The position numbers and the translations under genes are program-made. DNA of 64,000 nt from Octopus vulgaris (lineage: Eukaryota), in assembly GCA_951406725.2 (NCBI GenBank), contig OX597837.1, positions 34,534,001 through 34,598,000 on the forward strand, written 5' to 3'. The notes under the pieces were generated by a model that saw only the letters and a list, made by a program, of their open reading frames with translations, searched no databases and was not told the DNA's origin. Numbering within the stretch: position 1 is the first letter of the stretch; each line of letters opens with the position of its first letter. Shown here piece by piece: positions 13,560 to 27,644 of the stretch.

Positions 13560-13865
13560 GTTTCTCGAAGGATTCCCAAGTGTGATCAACAGAGTTTATG
13601 GATATCATCCAACCATTTTGTTCTTGGTCTGCCCCTGGGTAGAACAACCACAAATGCAAGCAGCCAGAATGAGGTTCCTCTGAAGGATCTCCAGAGTAAC
13701 GTTACTCAAGAGGGTGCATTGTGCAGGGAACAGGGAGTCTCTCCAAGTCAAGCTACTTCTCCACATTCAAAAGATCACAGATCTGTTACTACAAACATAT
13801 GATTAGAAGATCACAAGGCAGACTTTCCAAGCTGAGCCAACCAGCTGGAGACCTAGCGGTAGCAT
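13560..13865. mobile_element. Degenerate RTE-clade LINE fragment with internal inversion
   Basis: The plus part reads QMQAARMRFL*RISRVTLLKRVH..RESLQV..FQAEPTSWRPSG. The minus part reads PRGRPRTKWLDDIHKL. Confidence 0.7.
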
Positions 13866-13894
13866 TATATGAGGGGTAAAGAGTAAAGAATAAA

Positions 13895-14228
13895 AACTCC
13901 CTTCGGTCAAGAATGACCATGGGATTGCACCTAGAAAGTTCCTCTCCGAGGCACAAGTCTGGATAAGGTCGTTTATGGAAGACCAGCAGTCATCCATGCA
14001 TACCAGCCTCCCCTCTCCATGCCACTGATGTTATCCAAGGGAAAGGCAAAGGGGCTGATACAGCTTGGCACCAGTGACATCACAACTCATTTCTACAGCT
14101 GAGTGAACTGGAGCAACATGAAATAAAATGTCTTGCTCAAGACCACAACACACAGCTCAGTCTGGGAATTAAACTCACTACCTCATGATTGCGAGCCCAG
14201 CAATCTAACCACCGAGCCATGCACATTC
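13895..14228 (-). mobile_element. tRNA-derived SINE family E
   Basis: Minus-strand head gcatggctcggtggttaga...gtgagtttaattcccagac. A second copy lies at about 44695-44916 and a degenerate one at about 590-790. Confidence 0.75.
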
Positions 14229-14736
14229 ATTAGCCTTATATACAATGAGCTTAATTCTGAAATTCAAGGGTAATGTGATCATAAAACCAACAGATTCACC
14301 GTCGCATAACGAGATCCTGTTATGAGAATTTTCATTTACGAAACCAAGAATTAACACCATAATATTTGCTTCTGTTTTTTTTTTAATGTGCACATTATAT
14401 CTTTCGATATGATGCATGTTTCGAATGTGCATAAATTGACATTCATTTTTTTAAAAGCATTATTGACATTATTTCTGTAGTGTTATTGAAAAATTTCATA
14501 GCATTGTTAATATATTAATTATATAATTAATGGCACTATTAATTTAGCCTAATAACTGCACTTTGCTAATTTAAAAATGCTGGTGTTTAAACTTACATCA
14601 TTGAAAAAGAGAAAAAAAAAACCACCTAAAGAATTCTCTTTCTATTCATACATCATTTGAATGAAATATAATTAAATAAAACAAAATAATTAATGTTTAA
14701 TCATTAGTATATTCATATTCAAATTAAATACACAAT

Positions 14737-14769
<33 letters not shown>

Positions 14770-14981
14770 TCTCCGTATGATTGCATACATTCATAGGGGT
14801 CTTGTGTGTATGTGTGTGTGTGTGTGTGTAATATATGTCCTGTCATAGAGTGACCAATGGCTTCGCATCCATAAAACCCTTTGGCCCCTTTATAACTGGA
14901 CATATATTTAACTGCATGTAAATACATTACTGTTCTAACTGTTAGAGTGTGCTTCATTTTCAGATATATAATCCACTGGCG

Positions 14982-15012
<31 letters not shown>

Positions 15013-15021
15013 TATACATGT

Positions 15022-15328
15022 GTGGAGGCACAATGGCCCAGTGGTTAGGGCAGCGGACTCACGGTCGTAGGATCGCGGTTTCGATTCCCAGACCGGGCGT
15101 TGTGAGTGTTTATTGAGCGAAAACACCTAAAAAAGCTCCATGAGTCTCCGGCAGGGGTGGTGATCCCTGCTGTACTCTTTCACCACTCTTTCTCCCATTC
15201 TTTCTTCTGTTGGCCTGCTCGCTTAGCCAGTGGGGTGGCGTCATTCGAAGGCTAAAACAATGCAAACGCATTGTGACCAGCGATGTGTAACAACATCTGA
15301 TGGTCTGGTCGGTCATGTGATCACGTGA
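15022..15328 (+). mobile_element. SINE sharing the family-D tRNA head but with a different 3' half
   Basis: The first ~165 bp match family D, then the sequence continues tcttctgttggcctgctcgcttagccag...aacaatgcaaacgcattgtgaccagcgatgtg. A reverse partial copy lies at about 28640-28805. Confidence 0.82.
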
Positions 15329-15794
15329 TATATACATGTATGTATTTATATATGTATATTGTATATAGACAAACACATTCACACATACAAACAACACACA
15401 CACGTAAACTTAGACAGACAGACAGACACATACATGGGGAACGGAGAACTAAAATACTAAACTGTCTACTTGGAGCGAACTATCTGTAGCTAGAGGCAAA
15501 GGCAAAGTCGGAATGGCAGACCTGTTTTCTTGAAATTTTTCTCAACCACTTCATGGAACTCCCTTTCAGGTTCTGCGTTTTTCTCACCTGGAAAAATTCT
15601 GTTTCCGCATCAGCAAATTGAACCAGAGACAACGTACCAACCAATATCGACAGAACAGAAAGACAATACCTCCCCCATCCATACCAACATATGCATATAA
15701 AAAAAAATAAATACAGTAAAAACAAATTTCATATATAGATGTATGTATATACGTTATATATATATATTATATATATACATACACACATTATATA

Positions 15795-16100
15795 TTTAGA
15801 AAAGTAAAAAATCAAAAATTTCATGAATGAGTCATAATTTAATTCTGCTCTACAGCTGTTTCGATGATTGCAGTATGAACATTATCATTCATATAATTAC
15901 CTAATATATGATAAATAATACATAATTTTAATGTGATGAAATGGTTTATTCATCACATTTAAATGTATCATGAATTTTATGTATTCATTATGTAAGTATA
16001 CAAATAACGGTGTTTGTATTCTAACGATCGAAACAGCTGTAAAGCAGAACTATGAATCATTTACGAAACTTTTACTTTTTTTTTTTACCTCTCTAAATAC
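15795..16100. repeat. Imperfect inverted repeat (Penelope-like remnant)
   Basis: ttctgctctacagctgtttcgat ... atcgaaacagctgtaaagcagaa, with further degenerate outer pairing. It sits between (TA)n tracts. Confidence 0.65.
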
Positions 16101-16268
16101 GTTGCTCTGATTGATCATTTAAGCCAATTTTTATTCACATAAATACACCGATTCCATTTATAATCATTGCATTGTAATAACATATCAGACTTTAATCATA
16201 AGTCAATAACTGATCTCTAAACTACAATAAACATATTTCACAGTGCTTAAACACTATATATATATATA

Positions 16269-16317
<49 letters not shown>

Positions 16318-17442
16318 AATTAGCAGCTAGCATTTTAATATTTCCTAAGACATTATAAGCATTACCTTGAAAGAAGAAAAGAATAGACTATGGGCCACAC
16401 CCTTGACACTGTCTGGTATGTATTGTCTTTCAAGTGACATCACAACTGATTTCATTACAGAGCATCTGCCACATTTTTCTATCAAAATTAAACTGGAAAT
16501 GGTTCTGTTCAATGTTAATGCTCATAGTATCTTGTGCATCAAAACTCAGCTGTTAATTTATTATATAACTAGAAGCATTTTGAGGCATTGTGTGTGATGG
16601 ATTGTGGTCAGTGGGTAACATTGTATTATTTTGCACGTTGCTAACATCAATGTTTAAGCCATTTTGCTACTGTATTTTCTGGCATACCAGTCAAATTTTG
16701 TAGAGACTAAAAATTATGGGTGAATTTTGGAAAGATAGTGAGGATATTTGAATGCTTACACCACAAGTGTACACTCTATACTAGTGACTTGTATGCCAGG
16801 AAATAGGCTATTTTGTCTAATGCCACTGTCTAAGCCATATAGTCTAATATCAATGTCTAAGCTATTTTGTTACCTTGCCTGGTCAATGTCTAATCCCTTT
16901 TGCTAGTTTTGTCTCATGTCATTGTCTAAGTTAACTTTTTATCTATGAAGCAGTTTAGTTTGGGTTTTTGCTGAGGTACAATACAAGAAGCTGTGTGGGT
17001 TGATGGTGGCAGTGATGACGCTGTCAGCGCTAGGAAACAAGACTAAATGTACCTAAAAGTAAACTAACTATGATGACAATATGAAACTAATACCGTGGGT
17101 GAAAGGTGGCGATAGTGGTGGGGGAATCAGACAGGTGCATTTAAAGCATTCAGTTTTTCATAAACAGAAGAGAAAAATCATTAAAGACAATATCAACAAG
17201 AATAAACAATTGCATTTAATTAATTTAACAACAACAAAGAAAGATGATAAAGATTACAACTTTAGAAGTTAATGTGTTGATGATGATGATGTCTGAATGT
17301 TTACAGTGATTTGTACCCTGAAAAATAGAGTAACTTGTCTAATGCCCCTAATATAATTATAGAAGTAAATGAATGTGTTGTGAGTGTAAGGGCTTGTGTG
17401 ACTATGCATGTGTACAAGGGGGTTGTTGAAAAGGGGGTTGTG

Positions 17443-18320
17443 TACAAGGGGCTTGTTGAAAAGTTCCTGGCATTGGATAAAACAAAAAATACATGAGGAT
17501 CAGTTAATTAGGAGTTTATTCAACATATTCCCCTCTCAGATTCACACACTTATTACAGTGGTCCTTCAGTTTTTCTCAGCCCCGTAAAATAACATGGAAG
17601 GTTAGGCCTCCAACCAGGTCTTTCACAATACCTTTAAAACCAGGAACTCTTCAGTACCCCCTCTTACATATATAATGCATACACATATGTATGTATAGAG
17701 GGTACTGAAAGTTCTTGGCTTTGGGTAAAACAAAAAATACATGAGGATCAGTTAATTATGATTTTATTCAACATATGGCACAGGAGTGGCTGTGTGGTAA
17801 GTAGCTTGTTTACCAACCACATGGTTCCGGGTTCAGTCCCACTGCGTGGCACCTTGGGCAAGTGTCTTCTACTATAACCTCGGGCCGACCAAAGCCTTGT
17901 GAGTGGATTTGGTAGATGGAAACTGAAAGAAGCCCATCATATATATGTATATATATATATGTATGTGTGTGTGTTTGTGTTTGTCCCCCTAGCATTGCTT
18001 GACAACCGATGCTGGTGTGTTTATGTCTCCGTCACTTAGAGGTTCGGCAAAAAGAGACCGATAGAATAAGTACTGGGCTTACAAAGAATAAGTCCCGGGG
18101 TCGAGTTGCTCGATTAAAGGCGGTGCTCCAGCATGGCCGCAGTCAAATGACTGAAGCAACTAAAAAAGAGTAAAAGAGAATATTCCCCTCTCAGATTCAC
18201 ACACTTATTGCAGCGGTCCTTCAGTTTTTCTAAGCCCTGTAAAAGAACTTGGAAGTTTGGGCTTCCCACCAGGCCCTTCTCAAAAGCCTTAGAGCTGGGA
18301 ACTTTTCAGCATCCTCCTGT
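17443..18320. mobile_element. Two tandem mariner-like MITEs, the second interrupted by a family-A SINE
   Basis: Ends resemble tacaagggg..tgaaaagttcctgg and ccaggaactcttcagtaccccc. The internal ttcaacatattcccctctcagattcacacacttatt is present twice. Confidence 0.6.
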
Positions 18321-19943
18321 ACGATTATACATGCGTATGTGACTGTATGTATACATGTGACTGGTTGTATATGAGTGACTATACATGTTAGTATGACTGT
18401 ATCTGTCTATGTGACTGTACATGTCTGTGTGACAATGTGTATGCTCCTATATGGTTGAATGTCCCTGTGTGACTATACAGGCCTCTGTGTGCGCGTGTGA
18501 GGTGTAATAATAGATATATTAATTCCTGATTTTGGCAAAGGGTCACAAATTTTATGGATGGTGGTGGTGATGTGTGTTGCATATAGTTAATTAGATTTAT
18601 GCTAGTACTCAACATGGAAGAATGAAGAATGAAATCAATCATACTGGAATTTGAATTCGGAATGTAACAAAATATTGTAATTTGGTGAAGTACCTATTTC
18701 TTTATTACCCACAAGGGGCTAAACATAGAGGGGACAAACAAGTACAAGACAAAGGGATTAAGTCAATTACATCGACCCCAGTGCATAACTGGTACTTAAT
18801 TTATCGACCCCGGAAGGATGAAAGGCAAAGTCGACCTCGGCGGAATTCGAACTCAGAACGTAGCGGCAGACAAAATACTGCTAAGCATTTTGCCCGGTGT
18901 GCTAACGTTTCTGCTAGCTCGCCACCGTAAATTTGGTGAAGTACCACAAGACATTGTGGCTGACACTTTACCAATTCTAACACCTATCACACTATATGCA
19001 TATATTAAAAAAACAAAACAAAAATGAGAGATCTTTTAAAAAGGTTATGAGATATAGTATCTGAATCTCCACACATCATACTCTACTATCTTCTGACATA
19101 GAATGATGTAGTCCAAGATGCACTTGGACTACATGTCTGAATAAATGATTGGCTGGAATACCTTTGAATATAGGAGTGCATTGTTAAGAGCAAACTGCAT
19201 GAAAATAAAAACCACAACCAAAAGAAAAAAAAGCACATGTTCATTCTCTCTCTATCTATCTATTTATAATGATTATGATGGTGAGAACACACACGTGTAA
19301 ATATATAAAAATGTCGACAATTTGAATACAGATAATATCAGACACTAAATAGCACTTATCTTCATCACTATAATTTCAACATCCAATTTTCCATGCTTGC
19401 ACTGGTCAGATGGAGTTTATTGAGGCAAATTTTCTACAGTCAGGTGCCCTTCCTGTTGCCAACCCCCACCTATTTCTAGGTAGAAAAAACCCCCCCAAAA
19501 AACCATGGTCCCTCCAAGAAGATTTGGAAACCATATCTTTTGCTTTCTAGATGACCAGAATACTGATTGCACCACAAAGCACCTGCAACCTCTTACTGTC
19601 CAAACAGGCAATGTAAATGTTTTTCCTGCTACAAATCACCAGTGTTGTATTTCATCCCATGAAGTTCACAGACTATTTTCTGGCTACTTAGCCCACCAGC
19701 CACATTCTGTTTCAACTATTTGACACACTGCAAACTATTATTAGTTTCTCCTGATTTTAGATTTTTCTTTCATCCATTTCTGTCCAACAGTCAAGTACGA
19801 CACTTAAATTTCTGGGTCCAATTAAATTTCAGGCATATATTTATGGCTATCATTAATAGCCGAATGTGTGTCTGAGTATCCATTTACATACATATATAAA
19901 TAGATTTGTAGAAGCGTGGGACAGAAAGAGAAAGAAACGTAAG

Positions 19944-19990
<47 letters not shown>

Positions 19991-20397
19991 TGTGTGTGTG
20001 TATTGCAAAGTGGGGGCAAACTGGAACAAGGAAAGAGGGAGAACTGACTGAGTTGCAGTCATAAGTCTACTAACTCAAAGGTTACTGATTGAGGTTCATA
20101 TCCTATCAACAGTTGCACCCCCTCTTCCAACTGTGTGTCTATGACCAAAGCACACCCTTAACTATGAAACCCATAATTTGCGCATGTGTGTGTGTGTGGG
20201 GGGGCTGCATGGAGGGTGTTTGTAGGTCAAAGTGAGTTGAGTTAGCCAAGGAGCCTCTCTGTGTAGTCGCTAGACCCTAGACCCGCCTAGTAATAGCAGG
20301 GCTGAGGGGTGGATGGGATCGATGATAGATAGGGTGGTGGAGAGCAATGAATGATGAATACGGGCTGGGGGAGATGAAGGAGTAGGAAGTATATGAG

Positions 20398-20428
<31 letters not shown>

Positions 20429-20446
20429 GTCTGTGTTTGGTGCATG

Positions 20447-20483
<37 letters not shown>

Positions 20484-20781
20484 AGATACACATACACATA
20501 TATATATAAATGCATAAATATATGTACATATATATGTATATAAATGTATGTGTGTTTGTATATTCTTTTATTCTTTCACTTGTTTCAGTCATTTGACTGT
20601 GGCCATGCTGGAGCACCGCCTTACAGGGTTTTAGTTGAAGAAATCGACCCCCAGGACTTATTCTTTGTAAGCCTAGAACTTACTCTATCAGTCTCTTATG
20701 CTGAACCGTTAAGTTACGGGGACATAAACACACCTACATTGGTTGTCAAGTGATGGTGAGGGGACAAGCACAGACACAAAG

Positions 20782-20818
<37 letters not shown>

Positions 20819-21073
20819 CATATACATGAAAGGCTTCTTTCAATTTCCGTCTGCCAAATCCACTCACAAGGTGCCATGCAGTGGGACTGAACCCAGAACC
20901 ATGTGGTTGGGAAGCAAACTTCTTATAACACAGCCAATTCTGCGCCTATAAATACATATATAGTTACACATATATATATATATATATATATATATCATCA
21001 TCATCATCATCATCATATATATACACACACACACACACAAATACACATATGTATGTAAAAGTATGTTTGTGTG

Positions 21074-21104
<31 letters not shown>

Positions 21105-22804
21105 ATATATATATATATATATATGCATATGTATTTGTTAAATTCGAAGATAATTAATATTTTATATTGTTAATTAGTTTATTAGTCTCCTATTAGCTAT
21201 TGATGAATAAAAACTTTAATTACCAAAAGAGCACACACCCAGACATACACACATACATAATAATAGATGAAAAAAAAATCATCATCATCATCATCAAAAG
21301 AATACCATTTCTGAATGAAAATTACAATAATGGAATGAGAATTTTAATTAATGTAATTAATTGAACTTCATTTTTTCATCTTTCTAAAAAAAAAAAAAAA
21401 AATCTTAAATACAAAAATGATAAAACTAAAATGAAACAAAAATAAAATAATAGAAATGTCTCCATGAAATAAATAGGGGTAGGCGGGTAGGAAAGGGCAA
21501 GGGGTCTCAACAAAACTAAACAATAAATATAACTAAAAACGAAATAAAATAAAAATAACAGAAATTGGAATCCATATTTAAACAAAAATTAAATGTAAAA
21601 AAAAAACAAAAAAAAACCCCCAAAAGAGCAAATTTCAAATATGCATTTTGAATTAATTTTTTTATTATTATTATTAAATTTACTTCAATTTCAAATTGTA
21701 CTTTTAATTTCATTAATTAATTTTCAAATTAATCACCCCCCCCCCCCCTGATTAATTGACCCACCATGTTGCTTTAGTTTAAATAACAATGCAGCTCAAA
21801 AATGAGAAAAACACTAGGTAACACTGCAAATCATCCCTTGGGGCCCTAAACAGGGTGGTCACATTTTGGGTTTTAATGGGAGAGGGGGAATGAACTGGAT
21901 TAATTTACACCAAATTTGTCACCAGAGGAAATACAGTGATTCTGCTTTTACATTTTTCTGGTGCTTTTTTTGGAAGATTATTTACATCAGTGGTTCTAAA
22001 CGAGGGTCCAAATGGCCCTTTGGAACCCATATGATAGTTTGTTGCTGAACCTTACATGCAATAGAATGCTTATATTTCTATAAAGCAAAAAAATACTTCA
22101 ACAATTTTTTTTACACAATTTCTTACAATATTTAATTATAAAGATATAATTGGATTTTTTTAAATGTTGAATGGTTGTAAGGGTCCATGGGTCCAGTAGT
22201 GTAAAATGGGAATAAGAGGGACCCCTTGGCAAAAAATGGGCTGTGAAATACTTATTTATAAAGAGAGAGGAGGTGGGAGCGAGTAGTGTTTGTCATTTTA
22301 CAAGATGGTCTTGACTTTCAGTGTTTAGAGAGAATTCAAGTCCTAAGGCAATTTAGCACCATGACCACCACCACCACCACTTGGAGAGGTATATTCAAAA
22401 GTTTTCTACAGAGAAACTATATTTTGACTTCTCAGTACTGGTTTTAGGTTTGTTTGATCAGGGTTATAAAATGACAAGTTTAGCATCTCCCTTTTCAGTT
22501 CCAGCCCAGCTGGAGCCAAATTAAGAAGGTACCTGAGGTGTGGTTGAGAGAACAAGTCAGAAATACACAAATATGTACCAGGCATCAGAAAATGTGTCTC
22601 TGTAGTTGGAACATGTGTGTTCCTGGCCTTAGACGCTGGGGCCCCAAAGAAGGGAGGCAAATGTGGATCAGGCACCAGAAATGTCTCTGTAGAAATCAGA
22701 GAAATGCAGTTGGAGCATAATGTGTTTCTGTGGTTGGAACACTTGTTCCTGGCACCGGATACTGAGTCCCTGAAGAAGAGAGACAAATGTGTACTGATGG
22801 GCTT

Positions 22805-23075
22805 CAGCAGAACACTGAACACCTTTTTGATCTCCATGTGTCCAACACACGTGGACATGCCTACAAAGTCAGAAAACAACACAGCTCCCATGACTTTCGG
22901 AAACATTTTTTCATGCTCAGAGTTGCTGAAACATGGAACAAACTGCCTGCGTCAGTTGTTGACTGCCATGACACTGCATCCTTTAAGGCCCTCATGCTTT
23001 CCGAAATCTGCCGAAACTACACCTGATTATACATTTACTTTAGATGAGTTGTAGTGCACCTGAGCACTGTACACA

Positions 23076-23105
<30 letters not shown>
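22805..23105 (+). mobile_element. 5'-truncated CR1-clade LINE 3' end
   Basis: Encodes NTRGHAYKVRKQHSSHDFRKHFFMLRVAETWNKLPASVVDCHDTASFK, then a 3' UTR and (TTA)n tail. Confidence 0.85.
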
Positions 23106-23107
<2 letters not shown>

Positions 23108-25209
23108 ATATGAAACAGGTACCAAATATTGCATCTCTGCAGAAGGGAGACAATTAAGGGCCAGGAACCAGATGATGTGTCCCTGCAGAAGTGAGACCAA
23201 TGTGTCCAAGACAACCAGATGTGTGTCTGAAGCAGAAATACAACATTCCATTAACTCAAGGCTTGATTAGGGGAATTGCAGAAGAGAAGATATCCAAGAT
23301 ATCAGTAATTAATTGTTAATGGCCTTCATCATCATCATTTAGCGTCCGCTTTCCATGCTAGCATGGGTTGGACAGTTCAACTGGGGTCTGTGAAGCCGGA
23401 AGGCTGCATCAGGCCCAGTCAGATCTGGCAGTGTTTCTACGGCTGGATGCCCTTCCTAACGCCAACCACTCCGTGAGTGTAGTGGGTGCTTTTTACGTGC
23501 CACCCGCACAGGTGCCAGACGGAGCTGGCAAACGGCCACGAACGGATGGTGCTTTTACGTGCCACCGGCCTTCTTACCCATGTAATTTGTCTGGCTGGGA
23601 CAGGGATGGAAAATAATTCTCTATCATTTTAATTAATTCTAATTAACAATACTCAGAAAACAGAGCTTGTGGAGATAATTATTACAAGCTTAAGAAAGAA
23701 AAAAAAATAAAATAAAACGAAAACAGTAAAAAAAAAATATAATGAAATATAAAGAAATACAATTATCTCAGAAATATTCTACTGAGGTGACATTTAGTTT
23801 AGTTTAGTTTAGTTAAGATGGTTAGTTAAAGAAACAAGAGTTCAAATTTTACCACTGGCAGCAGCCGTATTATTATTTTTTTAATTAATTTTTAATGTTA
23901 TTTTAAGATTAAGATTTAGACAAGGTGAGACACTCCTTATTAAATCATACAACTTACCTGAAACTGAAATATACCTTATCTCCCCACTGCACACCGCCAC
24001 CACCATTAATATTCCAGCTGAATGGTGGTGGGCAGGAGTGGGTTAACATTTACATAGAAAGACAACAACACAACTAGATAAATAACAACAACTACAACAA
24101 TAAGGAACAACAACTTAATATGTTAAATGTGAAATAACCATAGACCGCTAAATATGGGGTTTGGGGCAAAGGCAAAAGGGGTCAAAAGCCTTAATGACAG
24201 GATAGTGGACCTGTTGCTCATTACTCTCTGACATATGTTCTTATGTTGTATAGCAATATTGACAATAATGATGATGATGATAAAAAATATTTTCATCCAC
24301 AATAGGCACAGGTATGGCTGTGTGGTAAGAAGCTTGCTTCCAAATCACATGGATCTGGGCTCAGTCCCACTGTGTGTCGCCCTGGGCAAGTATCTTCTAC
24401 AATAACTCCAGGCTGACCAAAGCCTTGTGAGTGGATTTGGTAGACGGAAACTGAAAGAAGCTCATGAGTGAATGAATGAGTGTATGTGTGTGTGTTTGTT
24501 CTCTGCCACTGCTTGACAGGTGTTGGTATGTTTACATCCCCATAATTTAGTGGTTTGGCAAAAGAGACTGATAGAATAAGTCCTAGGCTCAAAACTTTAA
24601 AAAAAAATTTTTTTTTTTAAACCAGTAAGTACTGGGGCTGATTCATTCAACTAAAATTTCTTCAAGGCTGTGCCCCAGCATGGCCGCAATCTAATGACTG
24701 AAAGGAATAAAAGATATACGTAGTATCTCTCCCTATTTATCTATTATCACCCTAATAATAATAATAATAATAATAATAATATTAATAATAGTCCTTTCTA
24801 CGATAGGCACAAGGCTTGAAATTTTGGGGGGAGTGCACTAGTTGATTACACTGACCCCAGTGTGTAACTGGTACATAATTCATTGACTCTGTAAGAATGA
24901 AAAGCACAGTCGACCTTGGCAGAATTTGAACTCAGAACGTATCAGCAGATGAAATACTGCTAAGCATGACTAGTAAAATAAGCAGTAGTATTATACTGAG
25001 AGCAGGGGTATAACTAGGGTGAGACAAGCAGGGCACATGCCCTGAGTGCCACTTTGAGGGGCACAATTTTGGCCAAGTTCATTTTCCAATTAAGCCATTT
25101 CTAAGCAAGTTCCTACTTTTTGGTTGGGGAGGGGGCACAATTTTGATGGTTGCTCTGGGTTCCATTTACCCTAGCTTCACCGCTAACTGAGAGTCACCCA
25201 TTTTGCCCC

Positions 25210-25244
<35 letters not shown>

Positions 25245-27283
25245 GGTCTTGTTCCAATGCTAGAATTTGGAATGGTAACTGAAACAACAGAACACCAAAC
25301 TAAAAAGTTTCGCTAGACTTCAATCCCTTTTCCTTACATTCTGGGTTCAGGTTCTGCAAAGATTCAGTTTTCTTTTCCAGCCTTCCAAGGTTGATAAAAT
25401 AAACATCTCTTCCATAAAAAAGGGGGCGAGCTGGCAGAAACGTTAGCATGTCGGCGAAATGCGTAGCCGTATTTCGTCTGCCGTTATGTTCTGAGTTCAA
25501 ATTCCGCCGAGGTTGACTTTGCCTTTCATCCTTTCGGGGTCAATTAAATAAGTACCAGTTACGCACTGGGGTCGATATAATCGACCTAATCCGTTTGTCT
25601 GTCCTTGTTTGTCTTCTTTGTGTTTAGCCCCTTGTGGGTAGTAAAGAAATAAGATCTCTTCCATAAAAATTATTAGGCTTGCACCAAAGTTAGAAATCAA
25701 AAGCAGAATTTAAAAAATGAAAATAATTATTACTGTTATTATATTAATCCCTTTGTTGCCCTATTTCTGTTAAAATCCACTGCTTTTGTTTCAATTGATT
25801 TTGAAGACAACAAAGAATTTAGTAAAATAACTTTGTCATTATTAAGCTGTTGTTTGGAACATAAACTAACCCTTTTGTTAGTCCATCTCCTTTCAAATAC
25901 ATGGCTTTGTTTTAATTAATTTTAGAAAAATGAGGAATTTAGTAGAATATCTTTGTCATTATGAAACTAGTGTCAGGCAGCGAGCTGGAAAAATTGTTAG
26001 TACACTGGCCAAAATGCTTAGGGACACATCTGTCATCTGGAGTGGCTGAACCTCTAATCCTTTTGTGGTCGATAAAATAAGTACCAGTCGAACACCGGGG
26101 TCAATGTAATTAACTAGCCCCTCCCCACCAAATTGTGTCTATAGTAGAAAGGATTACTAAGCTGGTGTGTTTTTACCTGAAATTTTGATGGGAGGTTTTA
26201 ATTTATACGTCTTTAAAACAAGAAGCTCTTTTGACAGAACCAGAGGCAGCTTGAGACATATCAGTATCGAAAGGGTTTAAGACAGATGGATTGTGAGTGT
26301 GTACATACATACACACACACACATACATACACACACACACATACATACATGCACAAACTATATCTATCTAACCATATACGCGGCGAGCTGGCAGAAACGT
26401 TAGCACGCCGGGCGAAATGCGTAGCCGTATTTCGTCTGCCGTTACGCTCTGAGTTCAAATTCCGCCGAGGTCAACTTTGCCTTTCATCCTTTCGGGGTCG
26501 ATAAATTAAGTACCAGTTACGCACTGGGGTCGGTGTAATCGACTTAATCCCTTTGTCTGTCTTTGTTTGTCCCCTCTGTGTTTAGCCCCTTGTGGGCAAT
26601 AAAGAAATAGGTATCTATCAAACCATCTTCAGCATGAAATGAAATATGGATGTGAAATGGTGATGAAGATACACACACAATTGGCTTCCTATAATTTCAG
26701 TCAACTAATATCCCCCCCCCCCCCCAAAAAAAAACATTGGCTGACTAAAGGCTATAATACATGGAGACACTTGCTCAAAGTGTCACAAAGTGGAACTGAA
26801 CCTGAAATCACCTGGTTGCAAACGAAAACATCTTAATCCCCACAACCAAGTGTGCACTTAGAAGCACTGACCAAAATTGAAAACAACCAAGCATTTGAAG
26901 TCATCGATCCTTCCACCCCATCAACACGCACACAAACAGAATGATATACAAACTATCAATTCTCCTCAAAGTCAAAAAAATACACAACATATTCAAAATC
27001 AAGGCCAATATTTAAAAAAATCACGGCAGCAGTGTACGCACTGATATCATTATGCTGCATATAGTATAACGATATTGTTTGTACTATAACGGTATTGTCT
27101 ATGCTATAATGCAATACTAATGCTGTTATATTACACACTGATTTCATTAACATTGACTCAAGGTCATAGACTAAGTACCCATAAAAACCAACATAATTGA
27201 ATATGAAACTAAATACAATAATACATTTAACCTTAATCACACAGCCTACTTCCTTCAGTTATACCATCTCTAATACATACATA

Positions 27284-27320
<37 letters not shown>

Positions 27321-27329
27321 TTATATACT

Positions 27330-27383
<54 letters not shown>

Positions 27384-27436
27384 TATGTATATATACATTT
27401 ATATATGTATATATACATTTATATATGTATATATAC

Positions 27437-27517
<81 letters not shown>

Positions 27518-27607
27518 TTCATATAATACACACATATGCACATACATATATACACATTTATGTGTGTGCGAGTGTTGTCTGTTGATACATATATATGTAT
27601 GTATCAG

Positions 27608-27644
<37 letters not shown>

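Noticed and set aside
22406-23054. 145-166 aa ORFs
   Set aside because: Made of a loose ~37-bp minisatellite plus off-frame or antisense CR1 sequence.
26956-27240. 94-aa hydrophobic minus-strand ORF
   Set aside because: Non-ATG start, composition expected from AT-rich DNA, and no clear splice signals.
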